Assembly: GCA_963733675.1 (NCBI GenBank)
Contig: CAVTET010000005.1
Span: 160,001-224,000 of the forward strand
Direction: 5' to 3'
Source of the DNA: an uncultured Methanosarcinaceae archaeon
GTDB taxonomy: Archaea; Halobacteriota; Methanosarcinia; Methanosarcinales; Methanosarcinaceae
Length of the DNA: 64,000 nt
Of this stretch, positions 55,577 to 64,000 are shown piece after piece; position 1 is the stretch's first letter; the number at the start of each line of letters is the position of its first letter. The notes below the pieces were generated by a model. It ran no database searches and was not told where the DNA came from. It saw only the letters and a program-made list of their open reading frames with translations. A program made the translations under genes and the position numbers.

Positions 55577-56917
55577 ATGAAAAGCATTATTCGGGGCATT
55601 AAATTTTGTGACTGCAGGATAGTAGGAGGTAGTTTCATCTCTATTATCCTGGATAATGGAAGGCTAGAGGAAATTTCCAAAAACTTTACACGAGGAGCAG
55701 GTATAAGGGCTCTATGTGGGGGTTCATGGGGTTATACAGCTGTTGAAGGGGAAATTGATCTCAAGCAAGGGATCGAAGCTGCCTCAAAACTTGCTTTTTC
55801 TATGAATGCGAACACCCCCAAAGAAAGCGTTGAACTTGTGCCTGTAAATCCTCCCAAAATCAAAAATCTTCCTGAAATAAAAATTGATCCAAGGGATGTT
55901 TCCATCGAGGAGAAAGTCGACCTTTTGATGAGCATTCAGGCCAATGCAAAGGTCAAAGGAGTTCACAGCACAAAAGTAACATATATGGAAGCCGAATTCA
56001 AAATTGAATACCAAAGTTCTGACGGGCTGGAATGCGAATATGAACTTCTGAATGTCGGCTTTGCCGTTTCTGCAGTGGCCTCAGAGAATGGTGAATATCA
56101 AGCAGGCAGAGAAAGCCGCTTTGGGTACGGCTATGAGCTTTTTGAAAAAGAAAACGTTATGGAACTTGCAAGCATAGCAGGAAATACTGCAGTCGAACTT
56201 CTTAAAGCCAAAACCCCTAAAGGTGGAGAAATGCCTGTACTGCTTGATCAGGAGCTTGCCGGAGTCTTTGTGCATGAAGCTGTAGGACATGCATCAGAAG
56301 CCGATCTTGTCCTTGAGGGGGATTCCATCCTTAAAAACAGAATCGGAGAACAGATCGCGTCTCCTCTTATTACTATCATCGACGACCCCACTCTGCACGA
56401 GTTTGGATACTACCCTTTTGATGCAGAAGGAGTACAATCAAAAAAAACAGAAATTATTCGGGAGGGGATTTTAAATTCCTATCTGCATTCCCGTGAAACG
56501 GCTGCCAAACTTGGAGGAACCCCAGGGAACTGTAGAGCTCAGGGATATTCCATGCCAGTTGTCAGGATGAGTAATACATTCGTAGATAACGGGGATTCCA
56601 GGTTTGAAGAGATGCTTGAAGAGCTTCGAGATGGAATATATCTTATCGGTTCCAGAGGTGGGCAGGTAAATACCGGAGAAGGAATTTTCCAGTTCAATGC
56701 CGAAAAAGGATACATGATCAGGAACGGGGAACTTACAAAACTTATACGTGATGTCTCCCTATCTGGCAAGATCCTTGAGATTCTTAACCATGTAACTCTG
56801 GTGGGCAATGACATGAAAATAACTGCAGGAAGATGCGGAAAAGCAGGACAAATTATTCCAGTATCAGACGGTTCCCCACATCTTGCCATCTCAAAAGCCC
56901 TTGTAGGAGGTTCATGA
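55577..56917 (+). CDS. tldD: TldD metalloprotease
   Basis: VHEAVGHASEAD (HExxxH), DDPT..FDAEG, RMSNT, CGK.GQ..PVSDGSPH. Confidence 0.93.
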   Translation: MKSIIRGIKFCDCRIVGGSFISIILDNGRLEEISKNFTRGAGIRALCGGSWGYTAVEGEIDLKQGIEAASKLAFSMNANTPKESVELVPVNPPKIKNLPEIKIDPRDVSIEEKVDLLMSIQANAKVKGVHSTKVTYMEAEFKIEYQSSDGLECEYELLNVGFAVSAVASENGEYQAGRESRFGYGYELFEKENVMELASIAGNTAVELLKAKTPKGGEMPVLLDQELAGVFVHEAVGHASEADLVLEGDSILKNRIGEQIASPLITIIDDPTLHEFGYYPFDAEGVQSKKTEIIREGILNSYLHSRETAAKLGGTPGNCRAQGYSMPVVRMSNTFVDNGDSRFEEMLEELRDGIYLIGSRGGQVNTGEGIFQFNAEKGYMIRNGELTKLIRDVSLSGKILEILNHVTLVGNDMKITAGRCGKAGQIIPVSDGSPHLAISKALVGGS

Positions 56918-58230
56918 AGATGTATGAACTTGCAAGAAAAGCCCTCCAGTTGGCAGAGAAAATTGGGGCAGAAGAAGCTGAAATTTATTATGCTTCTAAT
57001 CACTCAACAAGTGTGAATTTCCGGAAGGATTCCCTTGAAAATGCCAAAGATCGTTTTTCAGAAGGTATTGGAATCCGAGCCATAGTAAATGGAGCAGTGG
57101 GTTTTGCTAGTACGAATTCTGCACGTGAACTTAAGAATGCTATAGAAGTTGCAGTCGCAGAAGCCAGGGTTGGGAGAAAGGATTCCGATCGGATGGGACT
57201 TCCATCTGATGGGAAATACCAAAAGGTTTCAGGGATTTTCGATAAGAGAGTCGAGACTCTTGAGCTCGAAGAGTGTATTGACTATGCGATGGCTCTTGTT
57301 GAAGGTACAAAAGAGTATCCAGGTACGCTTCCAACATCTGGAGGCTTTACCCGAGCAAAAAGCAGACAGCTTATCCTGAACACAAACGGGATTGATATTG
57401 AAGAAGAATCCTCAATTGTTTCCGGTTTTGTGGATGTTATTACGGTAAACGGGCAGATTTCAACAGCCTATGATTTTGCTATTTCTCGTTCCCTTGACAT
57501 TGATTTTTTTGCTCTCGGGGAAAATGCATCTGATCTTGCTCTTAAGTCCAATGGGGGAATTAAAATCGAACCGCAAAAAATCGATGTAATCTTCCATCCC
57601 TTTGCTTTTTCAGATATCATTGAAGATGTCCTTGCCCCCTCCCTTGACGCTGACAATGTCCAGAAGGGAAGGTCAGGACTTATAGATAAGATTGGGAAAG
57701 AATTGGCAGTTCCCGAACTCTGTATCTATGATGATGGTCTGATCGAGTCCGGAATCGAGACTTCAGCTTCGGATGACGAAGGAGTTCCTTCACAGCGTAC
57801 GACCGTGATTGAGGAAGGTGTGCTTGTGACTTATCTTCATGATAATCATACCGCTAGAAAAGCAGGCATAAAAAGCACAGGAAATGGTTTAAGGGCTTCT
57901 TATTCAAGTCCTCCTTCAGTGGGGCTCAGAAATTTCATAATCGACTACCCTCAAAAGGATGTTATCGCTGATACAGAGTACGGGGTTTTCGTGAATACGA
58001 TTATTGGTTCTCACACTGCAAATTCAATTTCCGGGGACTTTTCGGTTGAAGCAAGAAATGCTTTCACAATTAGAGACGGAGCTCTTGATAACCCTATAAA
58101 GTCGCTTATGGTTTCTGGCAATGCTTTTGAGCTCTTAAAACAGATCACGGGTGCAGGTTTTGATGTAAGAAGAGTCGGAGGCATAATTATACCTTCAGTC
58201 CGTGTTTCAAATTTAAGTGTAATAGGTTAA
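56914..58230 (+). CDS. pmbA: PmbA/TldE protein
   Basis: AEEAEIY, GIGIRA, DDEGVP, STGNG.R, ANSISGDFSV, SGNAFELL; no HExxH; ATGA overlap with tldD. Confidence 0.9.
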   Translation: MKMYELARKALQLAEKIGAEEAEIYYASNHSTSVNFRKDSLENAKDRFSEGIGIRAIVNGAVGFASTNSARELKNAIEVAVAEARVGRKDSDRMGLPSDGKYQKVSGIFDKRVETLELEECIDYAMALVEGTKEYPGTLPTSGGFTRAKSRQLILNTNGIDIEEESSIVSGFVDVITVNGQISTAYDFAISRSLDIDFFALGENASDLALKSNGGIKIEPQKIDVIFHPFAFSDIIEDVLAPSLDADNVQKGRSGLIDKIGKELAVPELCIYDDGLIESGIETSASDDEGVPSQRTTVIEEGVLVTYLHDNHTARKAGIKSTGNGLRASYSSPPSVGLRNFIIDYPQKDVIADTEYGVFVNTIIGSHTANSISGDFSVEARNAFTIRDGALDNPIKSLMVSGNAFELLKQITGAGFDVRRVGGIIIPSVRVSNLSVIG

Positions 58231-58321
58231 GGAAGCTTTAAGATTCTTTTTTAACACTTCTTAAAACTTATATCATATCTTCTGGGATCACAAAAACTCA
58301 TCAATATTCTCAGCACCCTGC

Positions 58322-58455
58322 GAATGCAATAAATAAAAAACACTTTTTGCTGAGATACACATTAACGGTATCTATTTTCTCAATATGATAGTACCTTAAA
58401 AATTAATCCAACTTTCAATAAATAATAGTAGACAAATAAGCAAATAAATTCAGCA
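58322..58455 (+). repeat. Dispersed repeat family B (copy 5)
   Basis: ATCTATTTTCTCAATATGATAGTACCTTAAAAATTAATCCAACTTTCAATAAATAATAGTAGACAAAT. Confidence 0.7.
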
Positions 58456-58459
58456 AAAG

Positions 58460-59416
58460 ATAGTGATTATAACAAGAAAACTGCACACTGTATTATTTTT
58501 TCAATAGTATATTAGGAACTTTTCCTGCTTTGAATATTTCTTTAGTTACTGCATAAACTTGTTTCGTTGGATTTTTTTGAGATGGTCCTCTTGTTTCTTA
58601 ATACGTCACTTATTCCCAGATGATATTCTTTTATTGCTTTTTTCATTGTTGCATCATAACCTTTTGATTTTGCTCCAAAGTATTCTCTGTTTCTATAAAC
58701 CACCTAATTTTTTTCTGATTAATCTACCTGAGAATCATGAAGTGATCAGTTGTTGTTTTGAATATTCTGATACGCTCATAATCCCTGTCTATTATGTCAT
58801 GAAGTTTGTATAGAAGCGTGACTGACAACTTTTTTTGTGTATATTTCGTTTCTGCTTCTCTTTTTTTTGCTTGATTTTATCGAGTTTTACTGCTTTTGCA
58901 TGTTAAATCTTAATGGATAAAAGTAGGATCCTGAATCATTCCCGTTTTTATTTTCAAAAACGAGGCAATCAAGTTGGCTTTGCAACTATTCCTCTGTTTC
59001 TTCTTCATTTCAGTTATCAATATTTTTTTTCTGAATTATTAGGCTATAGTACTGTCTTGTATGTGCTAAGGAAAACTAAGAAATTTTCTGAAAGACATTA
59101 GATCAATACATTGTTTCTCAAGTTCAAAGTTTGGAAGACCACGCAATTTATGTAAAACAAATGTTTTTAACATAACGATTACTTTAGCTTCGGGTCTAAA
59201 TCATGGAACTGTTTTATTAAAATATATTAACTCAAAAATGATACAAAAATTATAATCAATTAAGTGATCAATTTCATCAAGTTTGTCCCTAACTGACTAA
59301 AAACGTTTGTATCCTTATTTAAGAGCAAATTCTGTAAAAATTTTCATAAGCAAAAATTATTTTCAAGAGATTTAAACTCTACAATGCTCAAATGTTAGAG
59401 TTTATCTGAATTCTCT
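58460..59416 (-). mobile_element. Decayed IS5-family element
   Basis: Left end AGAGAATTCAGATAAA at 59416 (minus); ATGAAAATTTTTACAGAATTTGCTCTTAAA; collinear with the 12487 copy. Confidence 0.75.
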
Positions 59417-59814
59417 ATAATCTAATAACTGGCCTTAAAAGAAGATTAAGGGTATAAAATTTTACAGAAATTATGTACGCTCACTACATGCCAGATTGTA
59501 TTAAAAAATAGCATTCTTGCAATGTATAATTCGAAACATGTAAGTATCTAGAAATCTTTTTTTACTCGATATACAGGTTATACATTTTAATCTTTTTCTC
59601 CATTCAGGAGGTATTTGTTTGCCAAATTTGCTTATTAGATTCACTTTTTTATTTGTTCAAATGAGATCTATTCTTAGCCCTGATACAACATTGCAGCATT
59701 ATTGAAAAATTGTCCACAGTCTTTAACATATGTTCAAGAGGATTCCCGATCTTTATCAATGAATAAAAGAAAAAAGTACTCAGCTACTTAGGGTATTACC
59801 TATATTTTAGAGAA

Positions 59815-60693
59815 TTACTTCCCGCGAAGTCTGGCCATATAAAGTAACCTTGGAGTATTTTTATGAGATCCTATAGGCATAATATGGATTCCTCGCGAAA
59901 GTTTTACGAGCTCGGATATCACTTCTGATGCTATAGAAAGACCTTCTTCCATCGGATTAGACGCCTTTCTCATGCGGAATATTATTTCCTCAGGTACACT
60001 GATTCCAGATATGTTTCTATTCATGAATTCAGCCATTCCAAGAGACTTAAGAGGGATCAAGCCTGCAATTACGGGTACATCGAGGTGGTCTATGGCTTCC
60101 ATAAATTCCTCAAACATACCCAAATCAAAGACAGCTTGGGTCTGGATAAAATAAGCTCCACACTTAACCTTTTTTTCAAGCTTTATGAGTTGTAGGGGAT
60201 TAGCAGGATTTATTCCGGAGACAGCACCAGTACAAAAGGAAGTTCCTCCTTTTAGTTTATTTCCTGCAAAATCAATGCCTGAATCAAGTTTTCTGACAAG
60301 TTGAAGAAGCTGCACTGAATCTAGATCATATACAGGTTTTGAGCCAGGATGATCTCCGCACGAAGGGAAATCCCCGGTCATTAAGCAAATATTCCGGATA
60401 CCCAATGCATAAGCTCCCAACAAATCTGACTGAAGTCCAAGCCTATTCCTGTCACGGCAAGTTAACTGCATAATGGGCTCGTGCCCATCATCGAGCAGAA
60501 GCTTACTAAAAGCTAGGGAACTCATATGCATTATCGAGCATTGATTGTCAGTGACGTTTAGAGCATCTATGACGCCTTTGAGCTGGCTAGCATCTTCCAA
60601 GGAAACTGAAAAGTTGGTTCCCTTTGGAGGAGAGATTTCAGCAGTAACCAGAAATTTGCTGGAATTCAGTTTATCACGAAAATTAAGATGCAT
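59815..60693 (-). CDS. metF: Methylenetetrahydrofolate reductase
   Basis: AEISPPKG, NVTDNQ, QLTCRDRNRLGLQSDL, MTGD, KKVKCGA.FIQTQ.VFD. Confidence 0.9.
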   Translation of the reverse strand: MHLNFRDKLNSSKFLVTAEISPPKGTNFSVSLEDASQLKGVIDALNVTDNQCSIMHMSSLAFSKLLLDDGHEPIMQLTCRDRNRLGLQSDLLGAYALGIRNICLMTGDFPSCGDHPGSKPVYDLDSVQLLQLVRKLDSGIDFAGNKLKGGTSFCTGAVSGINPANPLQLIKLEKKVKCGAYFIQTQAVFDLGMFEEFMEAIDHLDVPVIAGLIPLKSLGMAEFMNRNISGISVPEEIIFRMRKASNPMEEGLSIASEVISELVKLSRGIHIMPIGSHKNTPRLLYMARLRGK

Positions 60694-60717
60694 CAAATAA
60701 GAATACTAGAAATGAAA

Positions 60718-61332
60718 TTATTTAAAACCATGCTCCTGAGGGGTATGTATATTATAAAGAAGATCAAGCCTCTCGATTTTTTTCAAGCGCTCATAAATAA
60801 GATTCCATGCACAATCCTTCAATCTATGTATTTCACACATACCGTCAACATTACCTCCACAGGGCCCGTTCAAAAGTCCTTTTGAGCATTGGGCTTTAGG
60901 ACATATCCCCCCAAATTCACCTATGGTACAGTCTCCACACATTACACACTGATTGGAAATAAGCTTACCCCCACTCAAACCTCCCAAGGAAATAGTATCA
61001 CTCGAGCCGTACACAGGGATACCCACTACATTAGCTATGGAGGAAACACCACTGCCACAGGCCATTACAAGGATACAACAAGCGTCAATTATTTTCTCAT
61101 TTTTCTCAATTAGGGACTCAAAAGATCGTATGCTACAGGCTGCAGTAGGAAGAGCCCAGCCTACTACCTGCTTTCCACTCTCCTCAAGTTTTCTACACAT
61201 CTCAAGAACTTCGGGTTCCCCGCCAGTCCGTAGTTTTGCAGCGCAGACATTGCATCCGATAACGAATATGTTGTCTTCATTTTTTAAGAGGGCAAGAATC
61301 ACCTCAAAAGGTTTTGCTGAAGTTATAATCAT
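60718..61332 (-). CDS. MTHFR-associated Cys-rich protein (MetV-like)
   Basis: GCNVCA..TGG, ACGSG, CVMCGDC...GGICP...CSKGLLNGPCGG...G.CE....DCAW..IYERL. Confidence 0.85.
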   Translation of the reverse strand: MIITSAKPFEVILALLKNEDNIFVIGCNVCAAKLRTGGEPEVLEMCRKLEESGKQVVGWALPTAACSIRSFESLIEKNEKIIDACCILVMACGSGVSSIANVVGIPVYGSSDTISLGGLSGGKLISNQCVMCGDCTIGEFGGICPKAQCSKGLLNGPCGGNVDGMCEIHRLKDCAWNLIYERLKKIERLDLLYNIHTPQEHGFK

Positions 61333-61334
61333 AA

Positions 61335-62570
61335 TTACCTCAAATATCGATATTCCAGATCGTTTCGGTTTGCAATACATTCGTAGATCATTTCGCCGAT
61401 AAGTGGAAGGGGGTTACCCTGCCTCTTGAGTTTTTTGGAAACACGCTCAAGTTGCAGCATAGTGCCCATTATAAGTACATCAGTCATTTCCATTTCATGG
61501 AAAACTGTATTCCTTTTCAAGGCTGCATTCCCCCCCAGAGAAAGCATTTCTTGTTTTATTATGAGACACTCTGTCGTTTTAAGGTTACGAATTTTCAGCA
61601 TTAAATGAATGTTTTTGTGCTGCATTACTTGTGAGCTTATATTTGTTGCCCCAATTTCACGCATTGCTACTGCTGCATCCTGAGGAGTCTTTACCTCAAG
61701 AAAAGAAACTTCATATATACTCTCTTTTACTACATTTGCCCGACTTCTGAGAGCTCCTCCAAGCCTTACAACGTCAAAGGTCTCAGGTACGTCATGCGTA
61801 CGAATAATATGAGCACCCTTGTAGGCTGCAATAGCTGCTGCAGCTAGGCTGCCATAGAGCCTTTCAGTTGCAGGTTTTCCAAGTACCTCCCCTATGAAGG
61901 ATTTTCTTGAAAGAGCTGCCAATAAGGGCTTTTCAAAAATATTAAGGCGTTCAAAATCATCAAGGATTTCAAAATCATGGATAGGAAGCTTAAATTCTGT
62001 CCAGCTGCCTATAGCAGGGTCAAGGATCAGATTTTTCTGGTTGATACCTCCAGCTTCAGCAGCCCATATAATAGAATCAAGTGCTTCAATGATAGAGTTC
62101 ATTCCCAACGTGTCTCCTGGCCCTTTTATAGAGGCCATGACAATTGCAGGACACCCATATTCTGCGACTACTTTGATCATTCTAGGATCTGTGGTAAAAC
62201 CTGAGACATCGTTTATAATGTCAGCTCCTCTTTTGAGAGCTTCTTCTGCGACTTCAGGAAACATTGTATCAACGGAAATAACGGCATCCACATTGCCTTT
62301 AAGAGCCTCAAGAGCTGGCAAAATGCGTTCTATTTCTTCTTTCTTGCTTATCTGTTCGGAAAAACGCCAGGTTGAACGGGCTCCAAGATCCAAGAAAGTT
62401 GCTCCATCTTTAACCATCTTTAGGGCAATCTCAAGTATTGAATCCTGGCTCACAACAGAGCTTTCGTAAAAGGATTCGGGGCTCAGGTTAATTACACCCA
62501 TTATATGTGAAGGGTATCTATCTCCCACCTTTATACCACAGATATCAGTATCAACGACCATTTTTGACAA
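61335..62570 (-). CDS. folP: Dihydropteroate synthase with C-terminal extension
   Basis: IMGVINLSPESF, DLGARST, ISVDT, INDVSG, ILDPAIG, SRKSFIG, IIRTHDV; C-terminal IIKQEMLSLGG.A domain. Confidence 0.9.
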   Translation of the reverse strand: MSKMVVDTDICGIKVGDRYPSHIMGVINLSPESFYESSVVSQDSILEIALKMVKDGATFLDLGARSTWRFSEQISKKEEIERILPALEALKGNVDAVISVDTMFPEVAEEALKRGADIINDVSGFTTDPRMIKVVAEYGCPAIVMASIKGPGDTLGMNSIIEALDSIIWAAEAGGINQKNLILDPAIGSWTEFKLPIHDFEILDDFERLNIFEKPLLAALSRKSFIGEVLGKPATERLYGSLAAAAIAAYKGAHIIRTHDVPETFDVVRLGGALRSRANVVKESIYEVSFLEVKTPQDAAVAMREIGATNISSQVMQHKNIHLMLKIRNLKTTECLIIKQEMLSLGGNAALKRNTVFHEMEMTDVLIMGTMLQLERVSKKLKRQGNPLPLIGEMIYECIANRNDLEYRYLR

Positions 62571-62949
62571 CCAAATTATATAGATTTATGAATCAACTAA
62601 CGCCAACAAGCACATAATGAATATTGACAAGAAAATACTGATGATAACCGAATTCCCAGATCTTTTCAGTCATGAGATCTTTTCAGCGCCAGGCCCTTGA
62701 ACTATGGCTGAGATCCATAAAAATTTGTATTATTTTTTGGGTTCATGATTTATTGAAGTCGCAGAGTGTGGGAAATAATGATGCATTTTTGCAACACCAG
62801 AAGATATTCAAAAGTTTCCGATTCATTTCATTTCGTCTATTGAGAATATATTGTGATATTCCTGAAAAAAACCTTTTTATTTGGTCACCAGAGATTTCCG
62901 GATAGAAACCGTGATTTATCAGGTGGATTTGCTTACAGACTTATAATAA

Positions 62950-63040
62950 AGCGGATTTCAATAAATTTCTGATTTCCACGAGTCAATTATATGAACTTTA
63001 TAGGCATATGACGAAATTGAGTTGTTTATCGGAATCCTCT
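62950..63040. mobile_element. MITE family A
   Basis: AGCGGATTTCAATAAA..TCCACGAGTC..CATATGACGAAATT..TTTATCGGAATCCTCT. Confidence 0.7.
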
Positions 63041-63439
63041 ACAAATAATAAACCCAGATTGTTATAAAATACGCTTCAATGATACATATAAATATTGATG
63101 TGTGAAATTGACTTAATACAATTGTAAAAGCAATATTGCATATCGATTGAAAAACTGGCTCTAAAAAATAATTGCGATTACTGATTAAACTTGTTAGAGC
63201 GAAAAGAGAAGTCAAATTTTTTAATCTGGCACCATTGGTAAAATAATTATTTTTGTTTTAGTATGAAAAACATGGGAATAAGAATACCATATTCTAACAT
63301 GATTATCTGATTCCTCAGCAATCGATATTTGCTGCAGTTTCAAATGATTATTCTGTCTATTTCACAATTCTTTCGATTTAGTTCACAAGAAAAAAGACTT
63401 ATCAATACATATTAAGAGAATTACTATTTAATTATAAAT

Positions 63440-63860
63440 TTTTGTTATTGGCTAGCCTATCGATCTATTTTCAACAATGTATGTATTTGATCAACTTTTT
63501 CTTTTAGGGTTCATTATTCTTTGATTTTAAAGATAACTTCCAATATCCGTAAAATAATGTTTTTATTTTCGATATTATCAACTGATATAGATTATAACAA
63601 ACAACTGTACATAAAATCTTCAAATTTATTCTTTGAACAGTAGTGATAAGAATTTTTCTTGCTTTGAATATCTTTTTAATTACTTAATAAAATAATTCAA
63701 ATGATGCTTTTTTTGAGCTAATTTTCCTGTTTCTTGATATACGCCTATTCCCAGAGGATGTTCTTTTCTGCTATTTTCATTTTGAATAATAACGTTTGAT
63801 TTTGCTCAAAAGTATCCTCTGTCACTATAAACAATTTCATTTATTTTGATAAACCTACAT
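63440..63860 (-). mobile_element. IS5-family 3' relic
   Basis: TTATTCTTTGATTTTAAA..GATTATAACAAA..TGCTTTGAATAT..TTCCCAGAGGATG..TTTGATTTTGCTC similar to 58460-58700. Confidence 0.65.
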
Positions 63861-63948
63861 TCGAATTTAGGTTTGTCAGATTACGGTGATAAATGCCAGC
63901 AACCCACAGTTTCAGAGCAACTGTGCATGTTAGCTGAAAGGATTGATA

Positions 63949-63992
63949 ACGTTACTGTTTGTAAAGAAACACGTTATGGTTTGTAAAGAAAC
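63949..63992. repeat. 22-bp tandem duplication
   Basis: ACGTTACTGTTTGTAAAGAAAC / ACGTTATGGTTTGTAAAGAAAC. Confidence 0.6.
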
Positions 63993-64000
63993 ACTTAACT

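Noticed and set aside
62640-62940. 77-aa ORF and GAGATC-type short repeats upstream of folP
   Set aside because: No motif or RBS support; likely an unidentifiable relic.
63949-64000. 22-bp repeat at the window edge as the start of a CRISPR array
   Set aside because: The units are directly adjacent with no spacer; a simple tandem duplication.

Overview
AT-rich archaeal chromosomal segment. Gene content points to Methanosarcina (Methanosarcinaceae): bacterial-type groES/groEL, second RFC small subunit, ADP-dependent sugar kinases, cofE-like ligase, lonB-tldD-pmbA and folP-metV-metF. The housekeeping backbone is pdaD, aconitase-family large subunit, dCMP deaminase, secF-secD-rfcS2, tRNA-Ala(GGC), FKBP PPIase, tRNA-Ile(GAT), cofE-like, uppS, pfkC/ADP-kinase/ogg, argC-CBS-argJ, groESL plus a divergent wHTH regulator, a GT2, a Zn/Mn ABC importer plus DtxR-type regulator, lonB-tldD-pmbA and metF-metV-folP. 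Accessory content includes a 1822-aa DUF4011/SF1 helicase/Vsr-like nuclease/DUF3320 (Hhe-like) gene and a secreted GYGGW-repeat miniprotein. Intergenic DNA is full of decayed elements: about 9 IS5-family relics, an IS110 relic, an hsdM relic next to tRNA-Ile, several broken surface-protein genes and at least three MITE-like families. The most unusual structure is a near-perfect 445-bp inverted repeat made of otherwise heavily decayed IS5 DNA, bracketing a 1.44-kb tRNA-Ala/FKBP cassette; it is either an invertible or gene-converted segment or an assembly artefact. Three conserved genes carry single-base frameshifts in homopolymer runs, which may be sequencing errors. No CRISPR array or rRNA was seen. 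All calls are by eye without database searches, and relic boundaries are approximate.
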